64,000 bases of DNA, from contig JALOSW010000002.1 of the NCBI GenBank assembly GCA_025458245.1, positions 4,361-68,360 on the forward strand, read 5' to 3'. The DNA is from Burkholderiales bacterium. Its GTDB lineage: Bacteria > Pseudomonadota > Gammaproteobacteria > Burkholderiales > SG8-39. Shown piece after piece: positions 28,362 to 36,506 of this stretch. The notes beneath the pieces are model-generated. The model was not told the DNA's origin and made no database searches. It saw nothing but the letters and a program-made list of their open reading frames with translations. The position numbers and the translations under genes are program-made. Position 1 is the stretch's first letter. Every line of letters begins with the position of its first letter.

Positions 28362-29147
28362 CTACCGTCCACGCGTCTCGCGCTCCGCGCGCTCCACCCG
28401 CGCGGCCGGGTCCTGCCGATAGAAGAGCGCGAGCTGGGCGTACAGCTCCGGCAGCTCGTCGCGCAGCAGGATCGGGTCGGTGAAGAACTCCTCGCTCATG
28501 ACCGCGAAGAACTCCGCGGGATGCTCGGCGGCGTACTCGTCGAAAGGCGTCTCCTCGCCGGCGTCGACGCGCTCGCAGAATCGCCGGAAATGCGTCTCCA
28601 GGACGTCGTACCACCGGCCCGCGTCCATCCCCGCGTGCGGCGTCGGGTAGCCGTCGGCGTCGCCGTGGAGCATGTCGATCTTGTGCGCGAACTCGTGGAT
28701 GACGACGTTGTAGCCCGCGCCGCTCATGTCGACGTCCTGCCACGAAAGGACGACCGGGCCGCCGGGCATCGCCTCCCCGGAGAGCTCGTCGCCCCACTCG
28801 TGGAGCACGCCGTCCTCGTCGACCTCGGAGCGCCGCACCTGAAACTGGCCCGGGTAGACGACGACGCCGACGAAGCCGTCGTAGACGTCGAGCCCCAGCT
28901 CGAGGATCGGCAGGCACGCCTGCGCGGCGATCGCGACGCCGATCTCGTCGGTGATGCGCATGCCCTGGGCGCCATGCAGCTCCTTCTCGCCGAGAAAGAG
29001 GACCACGAGGTCGCGCAACCGCACGCGCTCGTCGGGCGACAGGTCGGAAAGGAACTCGTAGGCGGCGACGACGCGCTCCCACAGCGCGGGCTCCACCGTC
29101 ACGCGCTCGAGCCGCCGTTTGCGCCGCCAGGATTTGAGGAAAGGCAT
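28362..29147 (-). CDS. mtfA: zinc-dependent peptidase MtfA (M90 family)
   Basis: Last 261 aa of ORF 28362..31589, start MPFLKSWRRKRR. HEFAHKID zinc motif and EFFAVMSEEFF. Confidence 0.85.
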   Translation of the reverse strand: MPFLKSWRRKRRLERVTVEPALWERVVAAYEFLSDLSPDERVRLRDLVVLFLGEKELHGAQGMRITDEIGVAIAAQACLPILELGLDVYDGFVGVVVYPGQFQVRRSEVDEDGVLHEWGDELSGEAMPGGPVVLSWQDVDMSGAGYNVVIHEFAHKIDMLHGDADGYPTPHAGMDAGRWYDVLETHFRRFCERVDAGEETPFDEYAAEHPAEFFAVMSEEFFTDPILLRDELPELYAQLALFYRQDPAARVERAERETRGR

Positions 29148-29217
29148 GTCGGGGGAGTCGATCCGCGAATCGGCGAGGGGTTCACACGCCGCAGCCCGGT
29201 GAAGCGCAATCTGCGGA

Positions 29218-29226
29218 TGGCATAAT
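29218..29226 (+). promoter_or_regulatory. candidate extended -10 promoter (TGgCATAAT) for relA
   Basis: Motif lies 66 nt upstream of the relA ATG in the mtfA/relA divergent gap. Confidence 0.3.
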
Positions 29227-29291
29227 ACCCGGCGTCCGCAGTGCGAACTCCGCGCGAGCGCGCCGGCGTTCTTCCGGCGCCTGAGTGTCCC

Positions 29292-31472
29292 ATGGTTTCC
29301 GTCGCCCGCATCGCCGCCAACGATTCCGCCGAAGTGCTCGACACCGTCGCCGCCGGCCTCGACGGAGCCGAGCGCGATCTCGTGGCGCGCGCACTCGATT
29401 TCGCCGCGCCCGTCTACGAAGGCAAGACGCTCGGCACCGGCGAGGGCGCGATGCAGCACGCGTTCGGCGTCGCGCGGCGGCTCGCCGAGCTGAAGCTCGA
29501 CGGCGAAGCGCGCGCCGGCGCGATCCTGTTCGGCATCCCCTCGTACCTCGACGACGCCCACGGCAAGCTCGATCAGGAGTTCGGCGCCGCGGTCACCACG
29601 ATCGTCGAAGGCATCGCGCGGCTCAACACGCTGCGCGTCGTGACGCGCGGTCTCGCGGCGCAGGAGAAGAGCGCGAACAAGGCGGCGCAGGCCGAGGTGC
29701 TGCGCAAGATGCTGCTCGCGATGGTCGAGGACATCCGCGTCGTGATCATCCGGCTCGCGAGCCGCACCCAGACGCTCGCCTTCCTCGCCAGGGCGGCCGA
29801 CGAAGTCCGCCGCCCGGTGGCGCAGGAAACGCTCGATCTCTACGCTCCGCTCGCCAACCGGCTCGGCATCTGGCAGCTCAAGTGGGAACTCGAGGACATG
29901 TCGTTCCGGTTCCTCGAGCCGGATCTCTACAAGCGCATCGCGTCGATGCTCGACGAGAAGCGCGGCGAGCGCGAGTCCTTCATCGCCGCGGCCATGGCGA
30001 CGCTCTCGCGCGAGCTGGCGGCGGCAGGGGTGAAGGCCGAGCTCGCGGGCCGGCCCAAGCACATCTTCTCCATCTACAACAAGATGCGCGGCAAGGGGAT
30101 CGATTTCTCGGAGCTCTACGACGTCCGGGCGCTGCGCATCGTCGTCGACACGGTGAAGGACTGCTACACGGCGCTCGGCGTCGTGCACAACCTCTGGACG
30201 CCGATCCCGAAGGAGTTCGACGACTACATATCGCGCCCGAAGGGCAACGACTACCGCTCGCTCCACACTGCGGTGGTCGGGCCGGACGGACGCCCGGTCG
30301 AAGTGCAGATCCGCACCTGGGAGATGCACCGGCACGCGGAGCTCGGCGTTGCGGCGCACTGGCGGTACAAGGAGAAAGCGAAGCACGACCCCTTCGACGA
30401 GAAGATCGCGCTGCTGCGGCAGGTGCTCGCGTGGCGCGACGAGGTCGTCGACTCGTCCGACTGGAAAGAGCAGTTCAAGCGGGCCGCGCTCGACGAGACC
30501 GTCTACGTGCTCACGCCGCAGGGGCGCGTGGTCGACCTGGCGCATGGCGCGACGCCGATCGACTTCGCCTACGCGCTGCACACCGATCTCGGCCACCGAT
30601 GCCGCGGCGCGAAGGTGGATGGCGTGATGGTGCCGCTCGACTACAAGCTGCAGAACGGCCAGCGCGTCGAGATCATCGCCGCCAAGACCGGCGGCCCGTC
30701 GCGCGACTGGCTGAACCCGAACCTCGGCTATCTCGCCAGCTCGCGCGCGAAGAACAAGGTACGGCAGTGGTTCAACGCGACCGAGCTCGCACAGACGATC
30801 GCCGACGGCCGCGCGGCGGTGGAGCGCGAGATGCAGCGCGAGGGCCAGACCGGCGCGAGCCTCGACGCGCTCGCGCAGACGTTCGGCTACGACAAGACGG
30901 ACGATTTCTTCGCCGCGGTCGGGCGCGAAGTGATCCGGCCGCGCGAGATCCAGAACGCGCTGCGCGGCGAGGCGCCGGCTGCGCCGGAGCCCGAGCCCGT
31001 CGTCGCGAAGAAGTCGAAAGCCGAGGCGGGCGGAAGCGGCATCCTGATCGTGGGCGTGGACCGCCTGCTCACGCAACTCGCGCGGTGCTGCAAGCCCGCG
31101 CCGCCCGACGGCATCGTGGGGTTCGTCACGCGCGGCCGCGGGGTCTCGATCCATCGTGCCGGCTGCAAAAGCCTCGCGGCGCTCCTGCGGGCGCATCCGG
31201 AGCGCGCCATCGAGGCGCACTGGGGCGAGCAGAACGCCGGCGTGTTCGCCGTCGACCTGGTCGTGCAGGCCCACGACCGGCAGGGCCTGCTGCGCGACGT
31301 CTCCGAAGTGTTCTCGCGCCAGCGGATCAACGTGACCGCCGTCAACACGGCGAGCCGGCAGCATGTCGCGACCATGGCGTTCACGGTCGAGGTCGCCGGC
31401 GTCGACCAGCTCGCGCGCGCGCTCGCGGAAATCCGCGAGGTGACCGGCGTCTTTTCGGCCGGACGGCGGTAG
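29292..31472 (+). CDS. relA: GTP pyrophosphokinase / (p)ppGpp synthetase RelA
   Basis: 726 aa from MVSVARIAAND. Degenerate HD region, RelA_SpoT synthetase (RPKHIFSIYNKM...DVRALRIVV...YRSLHTAV), TGS (VYVLTPQGRVVDL) and ACT-like C-terminus. Confidence 0.95.
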   Translation: MVSVARIAANDSAEVLDTVAAGLDGAERDLVARALDFAAPVYEGKTLGTGEGAMQHAFGVARRLAELKLDGEARAGAILFGIPSYLDDAHGKLDQEFGAAVTTIVEGIARLNTLRVVTRGLAAQEKSANKAAQAEVLRKMLLAMVEDIRVVIIRLASRTQTLAFLARAADEVRRPVAQETLDLYAPLANRLGIWQLKWELEDMSFRFLEPDLYKRIASMLDEKRGERESFIAAAMATLSRELAAAGVKAELAGRPKHIFSIYNKMRGKGIDFSELYDVRALRIVVDTVKDCYTALGVVHNLWTPIPKEFDDYISRPKGNDYRSLHTAVVGPDGRPVEVQIRTWEMHRHAELGVAAHWRYKEKAKHDPFDEKIALLRQVLAWRDEVVDSSDWKEQFKRAALDETVYVLTPQGRVVDLAHGATPIDFAYALHTDLGHRCRGAKVDGVMVPLDYKLQNGQRVEIIAAKTGGPSRDWLNPNLGYLASSRAKNKVRQWFNATELAQTIADGRAAVEREMQREGQTGASLDALAQTFGYDKTDDFFAAVGREVIRPREIQNALRGEAPAAPEPEPVVAKKSKAEAGGSGILIVGVDRLLTQLARCCKPAPPDGIVGFVTRGRGVSIHRAGCKSLAALLRAHPERAIEAHWGEQNAGVFAVDLVVQAHDRQGLLRDVSEVFSRQRINVTAVNTASRQHVATMAFTVEVAGVDQLARALAEIREVTGVFSAGRR

Positions 31473-31476
31473 ACCC

Positions 31477-33018
31477 GTGACCGGCACCCCGACGGAAATC
31501 GAGCTGAAGCTTCTGCTCGAGCCGCGCGACGGCCGCCGACTGCTGCGGCATCCCGCGGTCATGGCGCTCAAAGCGGGGCGTGCGCGCACGCTGCGATTCG
31601 TCGCGACCTATTTCGACACGCCGGAGCGCGATCTCGGCCGGGCCGGCATCGCCTTGCGCGTTCGCCAGGAGGGCGCGCGCTGGATCCAGACCGTCAAGGC
31701 GGGAGGCGAAGGCGCGGGCGGGCTGCATCGGCGCGAGGAGATCGAGTGGCCGCTCGCCGCGGACCGCGTCGACCTCGCGCTTCTGGCGGACTCGCCGTTC
31801 GCGAAGCTCTTCTCGCGGCCGCGCGTGCGCGAGGGGCTCGCGCCGGTGTTCGTCACCGAGTTCACGCGCACCTCGGTGCCGCTCGCGTTTCCCGATGGCT
31901 CGGCAGGCGAGCTGGCGCTCGATGTCGGCGAAATTCGTGCGGCGGGCAAGGTCGAGCCGATCGCTGAAGCCGAGATCGAGATGCGTGGAGGCTCGCCGGC
32001 GACGGCTTTCGCGCTCGCGCTCGCGGTGTGCGACGACATCCCGCTGCGCCTCGGTGCGGCGAGCAAAGCCGAGAGGGGGTTCGCGCTCGCGGAAGCGCGC
32101 GCGCCGGGGCCGCGCAAGGCCGCCGCGGTGGCGCTGGATCCGCGTATGACCGCGGGCGAGGCGCTGCGGCGCATCGCGTGGGCTGCGATCGGGCAAATGC
32201 AGGCGAACGAGGCGGGCACCGTCGAGGCGGCCGATCCGGAGTACCTGCACCAGCTCCGCGTCGGCCTGCGCCGCCTGCGCTCGATCCTCGCGCTCGCGCG
32301 CGCGCCGCTCGCGGCGTCGATTCATGCGGCGTTGCTCGACGACTTGCGCGCGCTGCAGCAAGCGCTCGGGCCGGCGCGCGACTGGGACGTGTTCGCGACC
32401 GAGACGCTGCCGCCGATCGTCGCTGCGTTTCCCGCCGTGACGGGCCTCAAGGGCATCCGGGTGCGCGCGGGCCAGCTGCGACGGGCGCACGATCGGGAAG
32501 CGGCGGAGGTCGTCGCTGCGCGCGAGTTCCAGAAGCGTCTGCTGCGGCTCGGGCTCGCGCTCACCGACGCGACGCTGGCGCCGCGCGACGAGGCGTCGGC
32601 ATGGCTCGGAAAGCCCGCGCGCGAGTACGCCGCCGGCATTCTCGACTCGCGCCATCGCAAGCTCGGCAAGCGGGGCGCGCGCCTCGCCACGGCGACGGCG
32701 GAAGAACGCCACGCGACGCGCATTGCCGGCAAGAAGCTCCGCTACGCGGCGGAGTTTTTCGCCCCGCTTTTTCCGGGCAAGCGCGCGAAGCGCTTTGCCG
32801 GCGCGCTGGCGGAGCTCCAGGACGTGCTCGGGGCGCTGAACGACGCGGCCGTGACCACGAAGCTCCTCGGGGAGCTGGAGGGCGCGGGCAAGACGCCGCC
32901 AGATGCGGCCTCGGTCGGCATCGTGCGCGGCTGGGTGGGTGGCGCCGCGCACCATGGCACCACGGAGCTCGCCGCGCGCTGGAAGGCCTTCCGGCGCCAC
33001 GATCCGTTCTGGCGCTAG
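31477..33018 (+). CDS. CYTH and CHAD domain-containing protein
   Basis: GTG start 4 nt after the relA stop. EIELKLLL CYTH signature at the N-terminus. The C-terminal half has CHAD-type helices (YLHQLRVGLRRLRS, RHATRIAGKKLRYAAEFF). Confidence 0.88.
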   Translation: MTGTPTEIELKLLLEPRDGRRLLRHPAVMALKAGRARTLRFVATYFDTPERDLGRAGIALRVRQEGARWIQTVKAGGEGAGGLHRREEIEWPLAADRVDLALLADSPFAKLFSRPRVREGLAPVFVTEFTRTSVPLAFPDGSAGELALDVGEIRAAGKVEPIAEAEIEMRGGSPATAFALALAVCDDIPLRLGAASKAERGFALAEARAPGPRKAAAVALDPRMTAGEALRRIAWAAIGQMQANEAGTVEAADPEYLHQLRVGLRRLRSILALARAPLAASIHAALLDDLRALQQALGPARDWDVFATETLPPIVAAFPAVTGLKGIRVRAGQLRRAHDREAAEVVAAREFQKRLLRLGLALTDATLAPRDEASAWLGKPAREYAAGILDSRHRKLGKRGARLATATAEERHATRIAGKKLRYAAEFFAPLFPGKRAKRFAGALAELQDVLGALNDAAVTTKLLGELEGAGKTPPDAASVGIVRGWVGGAAHHGTTELAARWKAFRRHDPFWR

Positions 33019-33061
33019 GCGCGCGGCACTGGCCCACGGCCCTGCGAAGTCGAGAGAGACC

Positions 33062-34039
33062 ATGGCATCCGACCAACCCGGCAAGAAACCGTCGCTCGCG
33101 GCGCGCGTACCGGCGGGGCTCTATTCGATCGTGATGGGACTCGCCGGGCTCGGCGGGGCGTGGCTTCAGGCGGCACAGCTCCTGGCATGGCCCGCGGCGC
33201 CGGGCTTCGGGCTGATCGTCCTCGCCGGCATCGCATGGCTCGTCGTGACCGCGCTCCTCGCCGTCAAGTTCGTTACGGCGCGTGAACGGTTCGACGCCGA
33301 GCTCGCGCATCCCTCGCATGGCGCCCCGTACACGCTCGCGCCGGCGACGCTGTGCCTCCTGGTGCCGCTCTTCGATGCCTGGACGCCGGCGCTCGCGCGA
33401 CCCATCCTTCTGGTGGGGGCCTTCGGCGCCGTCGCACTCGGCGCCGGGCTGGTCGGGCGCTGGGTGAGCGAGCGGCGCGAGCTCTCGAGCTTCACGCCGA
33501 CGCTGCATTTCCCGCTGGTTGCAGGCGGCCTGCTCGGCGCGCTCGGCGCCGGCGTCCTCGGCATGCCCGGCCTGGGCGTCATGCTCTTCGGCGCCGGCCT
33601 GTTCGCATGGCTGATCGGCGCGTCGGTGTCGCTGCACCGGCTCCTCTTCGGCGAGCCCCTGCCGCCTCCGATGCGACCGCTGGTCGCGATCGAGCTCGCG
33701 CCGCCTGCCATCGGCGCCGTCGCGTGGATCGTGCTTTCCGAAGGCGCACCGGATGCGCTCGCGGCGCTCTTCTTCGGCTATGCGCTGTTTCTCGCGGCCC
33801 TCCTCGCCGGACTCGCGCGCTGGTTCGCCGCCGCGCCGTTCGGTCCGCCCTGGTGGGCGTTCACCTTTCCTGCGGCTGCGCTGTCGAATGCCGCGATCCG
33901 GTTCGCGCTCGGCTATCCCGAAACCGGCCTGACCGTGCTGGCCGTCGGCCTGTTCGCGCTCGCGAATGCGATCGCGCTGTACGTCGCACTGCGCACGGCT
34001 GTCGCGCTCGCCCGCGGCCGATTTCTGCCGCCCGGTTGA
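33062..34039 (+). CDS. TehA/Mae1 (TDT, SLAC1-like) family anion transporter
   Basis: 325 aa from MASDQPGKK. About 10 TM segments. GLYSIVMGLAGLGGAW N-terminal motif is typical of TehA-like proteins. Confidence 0.8.
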   Translation: MASDQPGKKPSLAARVPAGLYSIVMGLAGLGGAWLQAAQLLAWPAAPGFGLIVLAGIAWLVVTALLAVKFVTARERFDAELAHPSHGAPYTLAPATLCLLVPLFDAWTPALARPILLVGAFGAVALGAGLVGRWVSERRELSSFTPTLHFPLVAGGLLGALGAGVLGMPGLGVMLFGAGLFAWLIGASVSLHRLLFGEPLPPPMRPLVAIELAPPAIGAVAWIVLSEGAPDALAALFFGYALFLAALLAGLARWFAAAPFGPPWWAFTFPAAALSNAAIRFALGYPETGLTVLAVGLFALANAIALYVALRTAVALARGRFLPPG

Positions 34040-34051
34040 GCGGCACGTCGG

Positions 34052-35269
34052 TCACGCGGCGGGCGTCGCCTTCGCGGCACGAGGTGCGGCGGCGAATGCG
34101 GGCGGCTGTCTGCCGGACGCGTTTGCGACGAGGTCTGCGTAGAGCTGCGCGAGCCGTTCCGCAGTTGCGCTCGCGCTCCACGTCGCCGCGTAGCCGACGG
34201 CGCGCAGCGCGAGGCGCGAGCGCGCCGAGGGATCCCGCAGCACGCCCACGACGACGTCCGCGAATGCCGCCGGATCGTCCGGTGCGATGCGCGCGCCTTC
34301 GCCCTCGCTGAGCACATCGCGCGTGCCCATGACCGCCAGGGCGACCACCGGCGTGCCGCAGGCCATCGATTCCAACAGGACGAGGCCTTGCGTCTCGGTG
34401 CGCGAGGCGAACACGAAGAGGTCGGCGGCGCGGTAGCAGTCGGGAAGCTGGGTCGACCGGTCGAGGTATCCGATAAAGCGCGTACCGTCGGCGATTCCGA
34501 GCTCGCGCGCGCGCCGGGCGAGGCTCTCTTCGGCCGGTCCGGCGCCGCAGACGACGAGCAGGGCGTCGGGAACAGCGCGCCGGACATGCACCAGCATCTC
34601 CAGCAAGAAGCCGATGTTCTTCTCGAACGCGACCCGGCCCACGAAAAGGAGCACCGGGCGTTTCGGGGCGATGCCGTGCCGCGCGCGGAAGGCGCTGCCG
34701 TCGCCGCCGCCGAACGCGTGTGCCGGAAGGCCGGTCGGGATGACGTGCATCGGCGCCGTGACACCGTACGCGGCGAGCGTGTCGCGCATCGGGCCCGACG
34801 GCACGACCACCGCATCGAGCGCGTTGCACTGCCCGCGGGAGAAGCGGCGCGCGAGGCCCTTCATCCAGCCCTTCGGCGCGAACGGGACGTAGTGGTAGAG
34901 ATACTCCTCGAACAGCGTGTGATAGGTCGCGACCACCGGAACGCCCGCGGCGCGCGCATAGCGAAGCCCGGCGTAATGCGCGAGGAACGGCGTTTGCACG
35001 TGAACGAGATCGAAGCGCTCGCCGCCGAGCACGCGCTCGAGCCGCCCGACCCGGCCCCACTGCATCGCCCGATCCTCGGGGTCGCGCGGCACGGGCCGTG
35101 CGGGCAGCCGTACGAGGCCGGGCTCCGGCGCCTCGGCTCCCGGGTACGCCGGGCAGACGAGGACGCTCTCGTGTCCCAGGCGCGCGAGCTCCGCGCGGAA
35201 GGTCTCGATCGAGGTGGAGACGCCGTTGATGCGCGGGAAATAGACGTCCGAAACGAAGAGGATCCGCAT
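34052..35269 (-). CDS. GT4-family glycosyltransferase (Agt-like, candidate glycolipid synthase)
   Basis: 405 aa from MRILFVSDVYFPRINGVSTSI. C-terminal E-x7-E region FVFASRTETQGLVLLESMACGTPVV. Lies 11 nt downstream of the metallophosphoesterase gene. Confidence 0.85.
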   Translation of the reverse strand: MRILFVSDVYFPRINGVSTSIETFRAELARLGHESVLVCPAYPGAEAPEPGLVRLPARPVPRDPEDRAMQWGRVGRLERVLGGERFDLVHVQTPFLAHYAGLRYARAAGVPVVATYHTLFEEYLYHYVPFAPKGWMKGLARRFSRGQCNALDAVVVPSGPMRDTLAAYGVTAPMHVIPTGLPAHAFGGGDGSAFRARHGIAPKRPVLLFVGRVAFEKNIGFLLEMLVHVRRAVPDALLVVCGAGPAEESLARRARELGIADGTRFIGYLDRSTQLPDCYRAADLFVFASRTETQGLVLLESMACGTPVVALAVMGTRDVLSEGEGARIAPDDPAAFADVVVGVLRDPSARSRLALRAVGYAATWSASATAERLAQLYADLVANASGRQPPAFAAAPRAAKATPAA

Positions 35270-35280
35270 CCTGCCGGCCT

Positions 35281-36114
35281 TCAGGCCGCCTCCTCGGCAA
35301 CGACCGGCGGCGCTTCGATCTCCGGACGCGGCGAGCGCGGCTCGAGCGCCATCGGCTTCGCCGCGCCGGTCTGCCCCAGCCCGATCCGCAGGAGCTCCAT
35401 GCGGCCGTCGTCGTGCTCGACGATCGCCGTGCAGCTGTCGACCCAGTCGCCGCAGTTCAGGTAGGCGAGGCCGTCGACGTCGCGGATCGTCGCCGCGTGG
35501 ATATGTCCGCAGATGACGCCGTCGACGCCGCGCTCCCTGGCGTGCCGGACCACGGCCTCCTCGAAGTCGAAGACGAAGTTGACCGCTTTCTTGACCTTGC
35601 TCTTGGCATAGCCTGCGAGCGACCAGTACCCGGCGATGCCGAGGCTGCGGCGCGCCCACGAGAGAAGGACGTTCAAGCGCACGACGACCGCGTAGGCGTG
35701 GTCGCCGAGGACGGCGAGCCAGCGGTGGTACTTCGTCACGCCGTCGAACTCGTCGCCGTGCAGCAGGAGGTAGCGTCGTCCGTCCGCGGCCGTGTGCAGG
35801 TACTCGCGCAGCACCTGGATGTTGCCGAACGAGGTGCCGACGTGGTCGCGCGCGACCTCGTCGTGATTGCCGGGAATGAAGACGACATGGGTGTGGTGGC
35901 GTGCCCGCTTGAGGATCTTCTGCACGAGCGTGTTCTGGGCGGCGGACCAGTAGACGCCGCGCCGCTTCATCGCCCAGAAGTCGACGATGTCCCCGACGAG
36001 GAACAGGTAGTCGGAGTCGTAGCTGCGCAGGAGTTCGAGCAGCCGGTCGGCCTGGCACGCGCGGGTGCCGAGGTGGACGTCGGAGATGAAGATCGCGCGC
36101 ACGCGGCGGGTCAT
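35281..36114 (-). CDS. LpxH-like metallophosphoesterase (PlcP-type phospholipase C candidate)
   Basis: Start MTRRVRAIFISDVHLG, then GDIVDFW, GNHD, GHIH metallophosphoesterase motifs. The upstream in-frame ATG at 36183 is less likely. Confidence 0.85.
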   Translation of the reverse strand: MTRRVRAIFISDVHLGTRACQADRLLELLRSYDSDYLFLVGDIVDFWAMKRRGVYWSAAQNTLVQKILKRARHHTHVVFIPGNHDEVARDHVGTSFGNIQVLREYLHTAADGRRYLLLHGDEFDGVTKYHRWLAVLGDHAYAVVVRLNVLLSWARRSLGIAGYWSLAGYAKSKVKKAVNFVFDFEEAVVRHARERGVDGVICGHIHAATIRDVDGLAYLNCGDWVDSCTAIVEHDDGRMELLRIGLGQTGAAKPMALEPRSPRPEIEAPPVVAEEAA

Positions 36115-36278
36115 CGGCGCCGCCGCTCGTCCGATGCGCCGGTGCAGGGCGCGCTGCCAGGAGGCAGCCCGCCTCGGAGCCATTCAGGCGCGGTTGCGGA
36201 CCGCGACTTCGGGATCTTCGCTCGGACGAAAACGCTCATGGGCTGGGCGCTTGTATCTCGTTCTTCGCGTCGCCGCGC

Positions 36279-36334
36279 AGGGTAGGGGCCGCACATGACG
36301 CGTCCATGACGAATTCGTTGCGACGCGATGACCC
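36279..36334 (-). promoter_or_regulatory. Pho-box array (four 7-mers at exact 11-bp phase) plus -10 TACCCT
   Basis: Minus strand reads GGGTCAT cgcg TCGCAAC gaat TCGTCAT ggac GCGTCAT, then a 10-nt gap, then TACCCT. This is the same geometry as E. coli pstS. Confidence 0.6.
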
Positions 36335-36506
36335 GGCTTCGGGCGTGCGCGGGGAATCGGCCACGCGCCGGATGTGACGGCCGGATGAAGTTTTCGTGAA
36401 ACCGTCGCGAGATGCGGGTCGAGCGATTCTCACTGGCGACGGTGCGAGCTAAATTGGCTTCGCGCCTCGCGTTGCCGGCGCCTAACCCGAACAATTACTT
36501 CGCGCC

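Noticed and set aside
36115-36183. N-terminal extension of the PlcP-like gene from the upstream ATG at 36183.
   Set aside because: The extension (MAPRRAASWQRALHRRIGRAAAP) is shadow-like. Homologues of this family begin just before the ISDxHLG motif, as MTRRVRAIFISDVHLG does.
36400-36506. Possible SAM-type riboswitch ahead of the ATPase/MetK-like operon (GCGATTC ... GAGCTAAA resembles fragments of SAM-II).
   Set aside because: I cannot build the required pseudoknot pairing by eye and the conserved AAAGCU tail is absent. It needs an Infernal/Rfam scan before any claim.
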